Shown here: positions 37,620 through 50,095 of the stretch, piece after piece | Position numbering within the stretch: the stretch's first letter is position 1 | Layout: each line of letters opens with the position of its first letter | Origin: Malacoraja senta | Lineage: Eukaryota | DNA length: 64,000 nt | NCBI GenBank assembly: GCA_038087875.1 | Contig: CM075987.1 | Coordinates: 28,026,001-28,090,000, forward strand | Direction: 5' to 3' | The notes under the pieces: model-generated | The model's input: the letters and a program-made list of their open reading frames with translations, nothing else | Database searches by the model: none | What the model was told of the DNA's origin: nothing | Program-made: the position numbers and the translations under genes

Positions 37620-39230
37620 TGAGACTATGACAGAAGTGTTGGGGCTCAGGGGGGATAAATACCCAGCACCTGATGGGATTTACCCCAGGTTAGTGAGAGG
37701 ACCAAAACCTAGACAGAATTTTAATTACTTACCAGTTGAGACAAACCACCACATGTGGTCAGAAAGGCAAAAATATATTGCCATTTATTACTGGAAGGTT
37801 AGAGTGAAGAAATATAGAAGCATTGTTACGATTGCATTGGGACTGGTGAGTACTACACCTGGAGTACCACATACATTTTGGTCCCCTAATTTAAGTAAGG
37901 ATATACTGGCACTGGAGATAGTTCAAAAGAGATTTACTAAGCTCATTCCTGGGGTGAGAGGGTTGTCCTATCAGGAGCTATTAAATTGTCATAGAATCAT
38001 ACAGCACAGACACAGTCCCTTTGCAGATCATAAAATAACCATCAATACAATACCATTTACTAGCAGTTGTTCCATAGTCTTCTCTGCTTTGGCAATTCAA
38101 ATGTTTCACTGGAAGCTTCTTAAATATTGAGAGAATAGCTGCTTCAAGCCACTTTTTAGTCAGTGTGTTCCAGATCACAATGACTTTCTGGGTGAAATAA
38201 ATATTCCTCAGATCTCTAAACCTTTTACTCCTCTTCTGAATCATGTGCCCTCTGTTCTTAGATATTTGGGGATAATGTTCTTACTATGTATCTATGCTTC
38301 TCATAATTTTTTACACCTATGACAGGTTTCCTCTCATCTTCCTGTGCTTCAAGAAAAATAAACCTACCTTATCCATTCTTCCTGGATAAATAAAATATTC
38401 TGTTCCAGGCAATGTCCTATGCACCCTCCCCAGTGCAATCTTATTATTCCTGTTGTGGAGTGACCAGGATTGCACACAGAATTCCAGCAGTGGCCTAATC
38501 AATGTTTTGTAAAGTTGTACCAAGAGGTCTTTGCTGTTATATTTTGTGCTGTGGCAAATAAAAGCAAGCATTCCACATGCCTTTTTTGCTAGCTTATCCA
38601 CTTGTGCTGCAACTTCAGAAATCTGAACATATACTAAGATCCCTCTGTTCCTCAATGTTCCCTGGAGCCCCAACATTCTTGATATATCTTATCTTTAATT
38701 AGCTCGTCCCCCAATATGCATAACTACTTATTTAGCAGGATTACATTTTGTGTGTCATTATCCTGCCCAATTTACTATTTGTAGCCCTTCTCACACCACC
38801 AATTTAAAGAAATCAGATTGATATACTTTGGAACTTAGAAGGATGCAAAATGATATAATTGAAATATATAAGATACTGAGGGACCCAACAGGGTAGATAT
38901 TTCGATTTTTCGACCAGAGGGAAAATCTCAAATGTGGGAACAAAATGATAATATTTTGAGTGATCATTTAAAACTGAGATGCATAAGAACTTCTTGATAA
39001 GGGTGTTCAATCTCTGGAAGTTTCTATCCTGCAGGGTTGTGGATGTCACATCATTGTGAGTATTTGAAGAGGAAGTAGATAAACTTGTGAAAGATCAAGA
39101 AATTTAAAGCTATGTAGAAACTGGCCAGAAAGGGACATAAGAGTTGGGGCAGATTAGCCAATATTATATTGATTAGGAGGATGGGCTTGAGGGACCAAGT
39201 GGCTTACTCTTCCCCCTTTTTTACAGTATG
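37620..39230. mobile_element. Cluster of degraded CR1 fragments in both orientations
   Basis: FWSPNLSKDILALEIVQKRFTKLIPG (+); LYKTLIRPLLEFCVQSWS (-); CR1-like 3' ends. Confidence 0.75.
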
Positions 39231-39747
39231 TTCATTTTCTTTATATGAAGAATCTCAGTTTGGTCTCCTACTGATTGTTGTTTCAGTAACTGATCTGCTT
39301 CTATACCTCGATTTTTACACTTAAATATATAAGGTACACAAAATGTTTGTGCCAAGGAATTAATCAGTCAAACCTAAAAGTTGAAGTGAATTATTCCATA
39401 TTCTCCGTTTTCTGAAATCAATTTAATTTTAGACCGTTAATTAGCAATATCAAAGTAGCATCAAAATCAGAGGTGAAAATCACAGAACTAGTTTGAGAAA
39501 CTGACCTCAATTAATAGGGTCTGAAGTACAATAGATGACCATGAAGACACTTTGCTAAATGCAACCGTGCTCAGAATTGGATGATGATAAAAAATGGAAG
39601 TTTAGAACCCTTCTTGGTTAATGTAAATCTGAATGTGTCACTGCATTTGCTAGTGTCTTACGTGAATTTAAGATAACAGGTGAACTTGTTTATTTATCAA
39701 TTCTAACATAATTATAATTAATTGTCATTCTATTATAATTTGCTTAG

Positions 39748-39907
39748 TAACTGAAGATTGTGACTGCTCGTATATGGTGACGGAGGGGAATGAGAGAGCT
39801 GTTGTGGCAGTACTTGGTCTGCTCTCTCTGCTCTGCATCATTACCACTGTTGCAGGAATTGTGCTTCTCTTATACCCACGTCTTCTCCACAACTGCCTTC
39901 AAAAGTT
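39748..39907 (+). CDS. Exon 4, CxC stalk and transmembrane helix (TEDCDCSYMVTEGNERAVVAVLGLLSLLCIITTVAGIVLLLYPRLLHNCLQK)
   Basis: Acceptor ttgcttag| (alternative in-frame aag| at 39757) and donor |gtaagt. Phase 1 to 2, with an uncharged stretch of ~26 residues. Confidence 0.87.
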
Positions 39908-41173
39908 GTAAGTAGCTTGTTGAGATCTAGGAACAGTAGATGAAATGTGTTACAAAATTAACATTCTTCACTGGCACTGATTAGCATGCCATAAGATTGG
40001 CAAATGACAGTCATAATGATTTACATTTTATGTATTTTTGTTCCTGGCATGCTGCTTCACCTTTTGGAAGGATAAATTGGGGTTTTGGCACAGAAACGTG
40101 TGAATTCCACTAAAATCTCTCTCCATTATAATTGAATGGAAGAAAACTCTGGGGGTGAATGCTACTATTCTGCACTATCAATGGGAAACTCTCCAGGCAA
40201 AGTTTATATGAAATTTATGAATGTATGCAGCCACACTGTTTAACATAATGGTAGAGCAAAGAGCAAATAATATGTCTCGTGTTGAATATATCCAACTTGC
40301 TGATTTAGCTGCCTGGAGCAAACGTGATGTCTTGGGATATAATTTATCCTTATTCTGGGTCATTCTGCAATGTTGATATCGTAGCTGCTAATGCAATGAC
40401 TGATTCCTTAATTTCTGGGACATTTTCTTATATCCTGCCAAATGGTTCTGGGAGGATGAATGGGATTCATTACAACAATATCCGTTCATCCTTCAGCCAT
40501 GAAATTACTTTTGAGGTCTCCATTATCTAAGTCTATAATCAGTTAGAAGATCTGTTAAGCTCTGTAATATCGCTTTTCAATTCAGTCATTTAACATTCTA
40601 AAGCCTGGTTAAAAAGGTTAAGGTCTCCTGAGCAGTAAAATGAGGATAGGCCTACACTATTTGTAATGGTTATGAGTTGCATAATTAACAGAATATGAGT
40701 GGTGAGCTTCTTCAAAGTTGCTGGCGGATATTCCATGTTTATTTAGAAAGTGTCAAAATACTCTGGGTAACATTAATGTACTGAAACCATCGTTCTCTTA
40801 TATATAGAGCCTATGAAATACAGTATGAATGAAAAACATTTTTGTCGATGGCTGCTGCTGTGCTTTTAAGGTGAAAATAAAATAAAAGGACTTTCTGAAG
40901 AAGAACTGAAGAGCTTTCCTATTGTTTTGACTAATATTATCTTCATTGAGCAACATCAAAATAAATTATCTGGTCACTTAGTTCATCACTGACTGAGAGA
41001 ATATGGTGACATCTCCCCATATTATAACATTTTAAAAGTTATTACAGGCTATCCCTGGGTTAGGAATGCCCGACCTATGGATACCCATACACATGAACAA
41101 GTTTCCATAATATTATTACATTCAAAAGTCTGATGTACTTTCATATGTACATTTCTATGAAAGGCAGAAGTAA

Positions 41174-41312
41174 AGATAGACACAAAATGCTGGAGTAAGT
41201 CAGCGGAACAGGCAGCATTCCTTCTCTCCAGAGATGCTGCCTGTCCCGCTGAGTTACTCCAGCATTTTGTGTCTATCTTTGGTTTAAACCAGCATCTGCA
41301 GTTCCTTCCTAC
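41174..41312. repeat. Palindromic Penelope-derived short repeat
   Basis: agatagacacaaaatgctggagtaa / ttactccagcattttgtgtctatct inverted arms. Confidence 0.75.
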
Positions 41313-42057
41313 ACCCAAAAGCAGATATAGTTTGCTTTTTCTTTCCACTTGTAGTAATAGTTCTTTCTTATCAGTCTTACGTGTTTTTGATGTCATTACA
41401 ATACTGTGAATTTATGTTTACTATATTGAGTCATTTTTGTATTTTACTACATGAACAAAAGTAACATAAGGACGTAGTAACAAGGAAATCTGTTCATGAC
41501 CTGGGCTTGGCCTGTATTAGCTTCAAGGCACTTTGTCCAAAGACAAGGTGGGAAATGGTTAGCTGTGGATAAATGAAGCTGGTCTATAGATCAGCCTTGG
41601 TCTGTGAATGGTGAATCAAGCTTGAGGAGCCAAATGGCCTACTCCAGTTACATACAGTACCTGTCATTTCCTCTGTGCTTTGTGATCTGTGCAGAATATT
41701 AATGCTTAGGATTTGTAAAGTTAAAAGGAAGTGAGGCTGATTGATTGATTGATTGGGAGATGGCAATCAATATCTTTTTTTAAACTGAACAATTTAATGA
41801 ATGTGGCAGAAAGATGCTTCTGTAAGCAGAACATGTGCTAATATATTGCTGGATTGATTCAAGTTTCACATGAATCGAGCATGCAAATGTGATGGCTTAA
41901 TTATCCAGGACTTTTTAAGCATCCCAGAGTTACCACATGGCACAAGAATTTGCATGAAATTGATATCAATTTTCCTGTAATTTACATAAACTCAGTTAAC
42001 TTACATTATATGTACATGTATAAAGTTAGTGTCCAGCATTATTCTATTATTTATTAT

Positions 42058-42600
42058 TTATTTATTTGTCATTTGGACAAATTTGTCATTTGGACCCCGT
42101 TGAGGTCCAAACGAAATATCATTTCTGCAGCCATACATTACAAAACAAAGAAGACCCGAGACACAACACAATTTACACATCCATCCATCACAGCGCTGTG
42201 ATGGAAGGCAAAAAAACGTATCTCTCCACTGCACTCCCCCCCCCCACCCCGATGTCAGAGTCAAAGTCAAAGCCCCCGGCGGGCGATGGTGATTATCCCG
42301 CAGCCATTAAAGCCACGCCGGTTAATGCAAGGTCACGCACCGGGTCTTGGTGTTAGAGCCCCGGCGCGCGCTCGCAAAGGACCGCGGCCACTCCAAGCCG
42401 CGCGGGGCGACGATGTAAAGCCCCGCTCCAGGTGCTCTTCAACCCCGCAACTCGGGTGGGAGAAGTCGCGCTGCGGAAGCCCCGAAAAGCGGTCTCCCCC
42501 CAGGGACCCACGGGCTTCCGGTGTTGCCGTCCGCAAGACCCGCGGTTGTAGCCTCCGAATCTCCGGGGGTCGGGCAGCAGCAGCGACTGTCTCCACCACA
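42058..42600 (-). repeat. CpG-rich interspersed repeat resembling 5360-6115
   Basis: Shared motifs (catcca.cacag...tg.tggaaggca) and high CpG content. The end has a local duplication atttgtcatttggac. Confidence 0.55.
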
Positions 42601-43259
42601 GCTTATGTTTTGCCATGCATTTCAAATGTATCTTTGTTAGTTTGCCTGGCAATTGCCACTGACCTATTGTGCAGGTACCTAATTAATAATCCCAAGACAT
42701 ATTTAAGTGTCATCACTGTTGGACAATTGAAACTCTGGTAACTAAATACTTCTGGAATAAAAATCATTTGTCGGTAATTGTCATTTTGAAATGATTAGAT
42801 TGATTTATGAATTCAATTGGTCTACGACAGTTCTTCAGCAAGATTAATTTGTTGTCCTTACCTTGAGCGATCGATATGCAACTTCAGTGTAAGACCTGCT
42901 CATGTTGATTCCTAACTGACCTCTGAAATAGCTTAGCAAGCTACATTATGTTACAGTGGTACAAGACATTGGTGAGGATTCACCTGGAGTATTTGTACAG
43001 TTTTGGTCACCCAGTGTAGGAAAGATACCATTAAGCTGGAAAGTGTAGAAAAGATTTAGAATTCAGACTGTTTAATTGTACTGACAATGGAACTATAAAA
43101 ATTCTTACTATAGCAGCACCTTACCAGGTCTGTAAATGCAATATAAAGATGAATATATATATATTTTTTAATATGCATAATACTAGAATTTTTTTAAAAA
43201 ATGGAAGTCCTTAGCGCAATCAAAGACACAGTTCATAGAAGTTCATATTTGTTGAGGTT

Positions 43260-44130
43260 GTCATCAACTCTAGAGAGAGGTCCTGAGCTACCATCGACCT
43301 AATTGGAGACCCTCAAATCGTCTTTAAGTGGACTTTACCTTCCACTAAATGTTATTTCCTTTAATCCTGTAGCTGCACAATGTGGATGGCTCAATTGTAA
43401 TCATGTATATTCTTTGCACTGACTGGATAGCACACAACTAAATGCTTTTCACTCAATGCACGTGACAATAAACTAAACTAAAACTGAAAAAACTAAACTA
43501 ACTAAGCTAAACCTGAGCTGTATTCAAGAGCCTGATATTCTGTAGTATTCAAGAACTTGGGTAGAAGCTATTCTTGAACCTGGTGATCACGTTTTTCAGG
43601 CTCCTGTAAAACAAAATAAGAGCATGGCCAGAGTGGTGTTTTTCTTTGATGATATTGGCTTCCTTCTCGAGGCAATGCCTCCCAGATGGTGGGTAGGTCC
43701 GGCAGTATCTACCAGTCTCTGGAATCACCTTCTCATCTGGGAATTCGAGTTGTCAAACCAGGCAATCAATCAGCCTGCTCTCCACTGTAGACCTGTAGAA
43801 TTTCAATATAATATTTGTTGACATACATAATCTCAATCTTTTAAGGGCATAGAGGGGTGGATGAGGTTTCTTTGCGATTGCATGGGCTCAGGACAGATCT
43901 TTAGAGATAAGCAAGCCCAGGAACTTCAAGCCTATCTGAAGTTGACTCTGCTCAATGCTGTCTCACTGCTGAAAACAAGTTCATGGGTACTTGGCATTTT
44001 ATTCCTGAAGTCAATAATCAGCTCCTTGGTATTTCCTGACGTTGAGAACAAGATTGTTGTTCTGGCACCATTCAATTACATTTTCTCTCCCTCTCCTGTG
44101 CTCAGGCTCATCGTTACCCATTATTTACAA
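43260..44130. mobile_element. Rex1/Babar fragments (+ strand 3' end inserted into a - strand copy)
   Basis: The plus 3' end gtgacaataaactaaactaaa at ~43470 resembles 13590-13800. The minus remnant resembles 18180-18710. Confidence 0.65.
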
Positions 44131-44136
44131 GGATCT

Positions 44137-44625
44137 TGCTAGGATTCTCGGGCCTGAGCTGTAGGGAGAGATTGAGCAGGTTTGGATTTTATTCCTTGGA
44201 GTGCAGAAGTCTGAGAGGTGGTCTTATCAATGTGCATAAAATCATGAGGGGAATAGATAGGGTGAATGCCAGAGGAGTAGGTGCTTTCATAAAGTCAAAG
44301 TTGACTAGGAAGACCAACAGGAAAATATAACTGTGTTCATGAGGGGATGGCCTTGCAGAGGTTTATAAAAAAATATGAGGAGCATAAAATAGGGTATAGT
44401 CACAGTCTTTTTCCAAGCTAGGGGAATCAAGAATTAGAGTGCATTGGCTTAAGGTAAGAGATGAAAGATTTTGTAGAATCCTGATGGGCAACTTTTTCAC
44501 ACAGAGGGTGGGATAAATGGTATGAGCTGCCAGAAGAAGTGGTTGAGGCAGATTAAAAAATAACATTTAAAAGACATTTGGACAGGTACCTGGGTAAGAA
44601 AGGTTTAGAGGGGAATGGGCCAAAT
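44137..44625 (+). mobile_element. CR1 3' fragments
   Basis: GLSCRERLSRFGFYSLECRSLRGGLI; ggcaactttttcacacagagggtg. Confidence 0.75.
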
Positions 44626-45369
44626 CATCTTTATGCTGAGAACATCAATGTTCATAATGCAAATTATAAAACGCACAATTTTAGGGTAAAAAAGTCCTAC
44701 TTTTGTGGTAGAGTAATATTAATTATTTTAAATGCAAACCCATCCCCATTACCACACTGTACTTCTGAGAAAAGTCCATAAAAAATGGGACCACCGTTCA
44801 TCTTATTTCTTGTTGATTGACTTTGTGTGTATTATTATATTTGGTGCATTTGCAACTTTCTAGAAAATCATTATACTAATTTACAGTTTCTAAGCTTTGA
44901 GTTGGTTTTAAAATAAACATATCTTGCAAAAGGTATGTAAATTAGGAAATGACCATTGTTTGAAGGCTTTCATTGAATTTTAGGACCCCCCCCCCTAAGC
45001 TTGAGTAACAAGAGATGTTCTGTGAAAATCCATAATATCAATGGTACATGGGGTCTGACGAAGGATCCCCACCCATAATGTCCCCTTTTCTCCAGAGACA
45101 CTGCCTGACCTGCTGAGTTACTCCAGCACTTTGTTTATTTCTATAGATCATCAAGCTCCGTTTTTTAAGAAAGAAACCTTCAGAATATGTGCACTTAAGA
45201 TAAATCTTGTACGTTCTGATGATTGGCTTTTCTCATGAAACAATAATACTTATGTTTCCATTGATGCTACCTTATAGGTTATTTGTCAAATAAATATTCA
45301 TGTTAAAAATGATCCAACCAAAACTCCCATAGTTTCCAAGCCTTTTATTACAATAAGACATGGATTATA

Positions 45370-46320
45370 AAACCTGTTTGTTGTATATTTCCATGTTACC
45401 ACAGTTAAAACAGTGGATGGTTGTGTTTACTGGGGAGTTTATCCCTGTCATTGTTTCTTTAATTCCTAATCTTCTGCTTCTAATGTTTCAGATTTCTGCT
45501 TTCCGTTTTTGACTCTTTACCTTTCTTTTTACAGTTGTTCATACATTGCCGCCAGTTGTTCCTTATCACTTTAAAATTATTTTTAAATCATCAATTTCCA
45601 TACAGGTCTTTCGAAGGTCGAATTGTTGTTCGATAAACTCTTTTAATCTGTCAAAAATTTAATTATCAGTTACATTCGGCGGGGCCCACCTGCCTTTCAC
45701 CAGTGTGAGTCATTGTTCATTTACTTTACTTACCATGATGTTGCTTTAAAATTTTATGAGGGCTCGAGTTGTGAACCAATTTACCAGGTCAGTAAACTAT
45801 CTTGGATTACCACTGGAGCATTTAGACATTGGTATGGGATCTCGAGCCTGCTACAATTGGAGGTTTAAAGATCTTGTGGAAGCACACCTATGATGATCAA
45901 TGGCTGAGGACCTTTAATAAAGAGGAGTCTTGGGCGCCGGTGTGGTTTTGGTGTCCAGTGGACTCGCCGTTACTCCTTCAGCAATCCTGCCAACTGTTTG
46001 ATCACTGATTCTCAATGATTTGCCGAGTCCAGAAAGGTGCAAGCATAGCATTTAAAACTTTTTATTCAGGCACAGTGGTTACATTATATCAGAGCAAAGC
46101 ATTAGATGATTAGAAGATCTGCAGACCATAAATAAAAGCTGAGTATAACATAACTAACAGACAAAAGACTGGAATCACGATTAAAAACTGAACATAACTA
46201 ACAGACAAAAGACTCTGAACATTCAGCCGAAAACAGGTTTCCTTATTTAGAGGATGATTAGGATGTAATAGGCTCTCAATAGTTGTGGTGCCTCTTACTG
46301 GCTCAAAAAACAATCACTCA
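45370..46320 (-). mobile_element. Possible endogenous retrovirus remnant (LTR 3' part, leader, decayed gag-like)
   Basis: On minus: aataaa, then ...gatcaaaCA followed by gtTGGCAGG (PBS position), then KGRWAPPN...FDRLKEFI (matrix-like) and IHCFNCG (knuckle-like). A 24-bp direct repeat at 46147/46191. Confidence 0.45.
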
Positions 46321-46417
46321 TAGATACATAGATACATAGAAAATAGGTGCAGGAGTAGGCCATTCGGCCCTTCGAGCCTGCACCGCCATTCAATATGATC
46401 ATGGCTGATCATCCAAC

Positions 46418-49400
46418 TCAGTATCCTGTACCTGCCTTCTCTCCATACCCCCTGATCCCTTTAGCCACAAGGGCCACATCTAACTCCCTCTTAAATATAC
46501 CCAATGAACTGGCCTCAACTACGCTCTGTGGCAGAGAGTTCCAGAGATTCACCACTCTCTGTGTGAAAAAGTTTTTTCTCATCTCGGTCTTAAAGGATTT
46601 CCCCCTTATCCTTAAGCTGTGACCCCTTGTCCTGGACTTCCCCAACATCGGGAACAATCTTCCTGCATCTAGCCTGTCCAACCCCATAAGAATTTTGTAC
46701 GTTTCTATAAGATCCCCTCTCAATCTCCTAAATTCTAGCGAGTATAAGCCAAGTCTATCCAGTCTTTCTTCATATGAAAGTCCTGACATCCCAGGAATCA
46801 GTCTGGTGAACCTTCTCTGCACTCCCTCTATGGCTATAATGTCCTTCCTCACATTTGGAGACCAAAACTGTACGCAATACTCCAGGTGTGGTCTCACCAA
46901 GACCCTGTACAACTGCAGTAGAACCTCCCTGCTCCTATGCTCAAATCCTTTTGCTATGAAAGCTAACACACCATTCGCTTTCTTCACTGCCTGCTGCACC
47001 TGCATGCCTACTTTCAATGACTGGTGTACCATGACACCCAGGTCTCGCTGCATCTCCCCTTTTCCTAATCGGCCACCATTTAGATAATAGTCTGCTTTCC
47101 AGTTTTTGCCACCAAAGTGGATAACCTCACATTTATCCACATTATACTGCATCTGCCAAACATTTGCCCACTCACCCAGCCTATCCAAGTCACCTTGCAG
47201 TCTCCTAGCATCCTCCTCACAGCTAACACTGCCCCCCAGCTTAGTGTCATCCGCAAACTTGGAGATGTTGCCTTCAATTCCCTCATCCAGGTCATTAATA
47301 TAAATTGTAAATAGCTGGGGTCCCAGCACTGAGCCTTGCGGTACCCCACTAGTCACTGCCTGCCATTGTGAATAGGACCCGTTTACTCCTACTCTTTGCT
47401 TCCTGTTTGCCAGCCAGTTCTCTATCCATATCAATACTGAACCCCCAATACCGTGTGCTTTAAGTTTGTATACTAATCTCTTATGTGGGACCTTGTCGAA
47501 AGCCTTCTGAAAGTCCAGATACAACACATCCACTGGTTCTCCCCTATCCATTCTACTAGTTACACCCTCGAAAAATTCTATAAGATTCGTCAGACATGAT
47601 TTACCTTTCGTAAATCCATGCTGACTTTGTCCAATGATTTCACCACTTTCCAAATGTGCTGCTATCCCATCTTTAATAACTGACTCTAGCAGTTTCCTCA
47701 CTACCGATGTTAGACTAACTGGTCTGTAATTCCCTGTTTTCTCTCTCCCTCCCTTCTTAAAAAGTGGGGTTACGTTTGCTACCCTCCAATCCTCAGGAAC
47801 TACTCCAGAATCTAAGTAGTTTTGAAAAATTATCACTAATGCATCCACTATTTCTGGAGCTACTTCCTTAAGTACTCTGGGATGCAGCCTATCTGGCCCT
47901 GGTGATTTATCGGCCTTTAATCCATTCAATTTACCCAACACCACTTCCCGACTAACCTGGATTTCACTCAGTTCCTCCATCTCCTTTGACCCGCGGTCCC
48001 CTGCTATTTCCGGCAGATTATTTATGTCTTCCTTAGTGAAGACGGAACCAAAGTAGTTATTCAATTGGTCCGCCATATCCTTGTTCCCCATGATCAACTC
48101 AACTGTTTCTGACTGCAAGGGACCTACATTTGTTTTAACTAATCTCTTTCTCTTCACATATCTATAAAAACGTTTGCAGTCAGTTTTTATGTTCCCTGCC
48201 AGTTTTCTTTCATAATCAATTTTCCCTTTCCTAATTAAGCCCTTTGTCCTCCTCTGCTGGTCTCTGAATTTCTCCCAGTCCTCTGGTATGCTGCTTTTTC
48301 TGGCTAATTTGTACGCATCATCTTTTGCTTTGATACGATCCCTGATTTCCCTTGTTATCCACGGATGCACTACCTTCCCTGATTTATTCTTTTGCCAAAC
48401 TGGGATGAACAATTTTTGTAGTTCATCCATGCAGTCTTTAAATGCCTTCCATTGAATATCCACCGTCAACCCTTTTAGAACTAATTGCCAGTCAATCTTG
48501 GGCAATTCACGTCTCATACCCTCAAAGTTACCTTTCTTTAAGTTCAGAACCGTTGTTTCTGAATTAACAATGTCACTCTCCATCCTAATGAAGAACTCAA
48601 CCATATTATGGTCACTCTTGCCCAAGGGGGCACGCACAACAAGACTGCTAACTAACCCTTCCTCATTACTCAATACCCAGTCTAGAATAGCCTGCTCTCT
48701 CGTTGGTTCCTCTACATGTTGGTTTAGATAACTATCCCGCATACATTCCAAGAAATCCTCTTCCTCAGCACCCCTGCCAATTTGATTCACCCAATCTATA
48801 TGTAGATTGAAGTCACCCATTATAACTGTTTTGCCTTTGTTGCATTCATTTCTAATTTCCTGTTTGATGCCATCCCCAACTTCACTACTACTGCTAGATG
48901 GCCTGTACACAACACCCACCAGCGTTTTCTGCCCCTTAGTGTTTCGCAGCTCTACCCATACCGATTCCACATGCTCCAAGCTAATGTCCTTCCTTTCCAC
49001 TGCGTTAATCTCCTCACTAACCAGCAACGCTACCCCACCTCCTTTTCCTTTCTCTCTATCCCTCCTGAATATTGAATATCCCTGGATGTTCAGCTCCCAG
49101 CCTTGGTCACCCTGGAGCCATGTCTCCGTGATCCCAACTATATCATAATCATTAATAGCTATCTGCACGTTCAACTCATCCACCTTATTACGAATGCTCC
49201 TTGCATTGAGACACAAAGCCTTCAGGCTTGTTTTTACAACGCTCTTACCTCTTATACAATTATGTTGAAAAGTGTCCCTTTTTGATTTTTGCCCTGGATT
49301 TGTCTGCCTGCCACTTTTACTTTTCACCTTGCTACCTATTGCTTCCGCCCGCATTTTACACCCCTCTGTTTCTCTGCTCACCCATTTAAGAACCCCACCA

Positions 49401-49717
49401 CCTCTTATTCTCTGTTTATTATTGTTTTCTTCTTTCCCCCCTACATGTTGGGTCTGAGTGCTTTCCTTCTCTGCCTCCTGCCTCACACACTGTCTAATAG
49501 CTTTCTCTATTTGAGTCCCTCCCCCCAACCATTCTAGTTTAAAGTCTCCCCAGTAGCCTTTGCAGATTTCCCCGCCAGGATATCGGTCCCCCTCAGGTTC
49601 AAGTGCAATCCATCCTTTTTGTACAGGTCGCACCTTCCACAAAAGAGGTCCCAATGATCCAGATATTTGAATCCCTGCCCTCTGCACCAGTCCTTCAGCC
49701 ACGCATTTATCCTCCAC
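46418..49717 (-). CDS. CR1 ORF2: APE endonuclease and reverse transcriptase (true start probably downstream of the called start)
   Basis: CLNARSIRNK, GITETW, MGDFN, SDH (APE); NYRPVSLTS, QHGF, LDFQKAFDKV, GVPQGSVLGP, FADD (RT). No stops over 1099 codons. Confidence 0.95.
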   Translation of the reverse strand: MEDKCVAEGLVQRAGIQISGSLGPLLWKVRPVQKGWIALEPEGDRYPGGEICKGYWGDFKLEWLGGGTQIEKAIRQCVRQEAEKESTQTQHVGGKEENNNKQRIRGGGVLKWVSRETEGCKMRAEAIGSKVKSKSGRQTNPGQKSKRDTFQHNCIRGKSVVKTSLKALCLNARSIRNKVDELNVQIAINDYDIVGITETWLQGDQGWELNIQGYSIFRRDREKGKGGGVALLVSEEINAVERKDISLEHVESVWVELRNTKGQKTLVGVVYRPSSSSSEVGDGIKQEIRNECNKGKTVIMGDFNLHIDWVNQIGRGAEEEDFLECMRDSYLNQHVEEPTREQAILDWVLSNEEGLVSSLVVRAPLGKSDHNMVEFFIRMESDIVNSETTVLNLKKGNFEGMRRELPKIDWQLVLKGLTVDIQWKAFKDCMDELQKLFIPVWQKNKSGKVVHPWITREIRDRIKAKDDAYKLARKSSIPEDWEKFRDQQRRTKGLIRKGKIDYERKLAGNIKTDCKRFYRYVKRKRLVKTNVGPLQSETVELIMGNKDMADQLNNYFGSVFTKEDINNLPEIAGDRGSKEMEELSEIQVSREVVLGKLNGLKADKSPGPDRLHPRVLKEVAPEIVDALVIIFQNYLDSGVVPEDWRVANVTPLFKKGGREKTGNYRPVSLTSVVRKLLESVIKDGIAAHLESGEIIGQSQHGFTKGKSCLTNLIEFFEGVTSRMDRGEPVDVLYLDFQKAFDKVPHKRLVYKLKAHGIGGSVLIWIENWLANRKQRVGVNGSYSQWQAVTSGVPQGSVLGPQLFTIYINDLDEGIEGNISKFADDTKLGGSVSCEEDARRLQGDLDRLGEWANVWQMQYNVDKCEVIHFGGKNWKADYYLNGGRLGKGEMQRDLGVMVHQSLKVGMQVQQAVKKANGVLAFIAKGFEHRSREVLLQLYRVLVRPHLEYCVQFWSPNVRKDIIAIEGVQRRFTRLIPGMSGLSYEERLDRLGLYSLEFRRLRGDLIETYKILMGLDRLDAGRLFPMLGKSRTRGHSLRIRGKSFKTEMRKNFFTQRVVNLWNSLPQSVVEASSLGIFKRELDVALVAKGIRGYGEKAGTGY

Positions 49718-49752
49718 CTCGCTCCATTCCTACTCTCACTGTTGCGTGGCAC
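49534..49752 (-). CDS. CR1 ORF1 C-terminal fragment, SGNH esterase-like
   Basis: INAWLKDWCRGQGFKYLDHW...YKKDGLHLN.RGT.ILA, including the DGLH motif. Confidence 0.85.
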   Translation of the reverse strand: MPRNSESRNGARWRINAWLKDWCRGQGFKYLDHWDLFCGRCDLYKKDGLHLNLRGTDILAGKSAKATGETLN

Positions 49753-50095
49753 AGGCAGTAATCCCTGAAAATGCTGTATCCCTTTCTTATTGATCCTGAT
49801 CCCAAGGAGCTGGTGGGCATTACTTTCAAACCATGACGGGGTTGTTGTTCACAGTCTGTCTAGGTTCTTATCAGTTCTTTATCTCTGTATTGAAGTTCAC
49901 AAACTGTCCTTTTCATGGAGTTAGCAGTTTGTAATAAATAACCCCATCCATCCTCTGATCTGCAGATCCCGGCAATTCTCTGCAAACCCCTACAAAAGTG
50001 GAACAAAGCTGTTTTTCTGGCATTAGACAGGAACCTGCAAATGTTGATTCAGAGAGGCTGTTTGCAGGTAAAAGCACATTGGGCAAGTGGGAGTA

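Larger units (their letters stand above)
46321..49764 (-). mobile_element. Young CR1 LINE, 5'-truncated within ORF1, ORF2 open
   Basis: (ctatgtat)n tail at ~46321-46345, an uninterrupted ORF2, and the ORF1 C-terminus. Confidence 0.97.

Noticed and set aside
40808..40832. Alternative terminal exon (LAYEIQYE*)
   Set aside because: The acceptor is weaker than those at 55339 and 59863. It cannot be excluded without RNA data.
45147..45203. Possible last exon IIKLRFLRKKPSEYVHLR* with an ITIM-like SEYVHL
   Set aside because: It needs phase 0 while exon 4 ends in phase 2, and the acceptor derives from a repeat tail.
46695..49537. Several plus-strand ORFs of 60-130 aa
   Set aside because: Antisense shadows of the CR1 ORF2.
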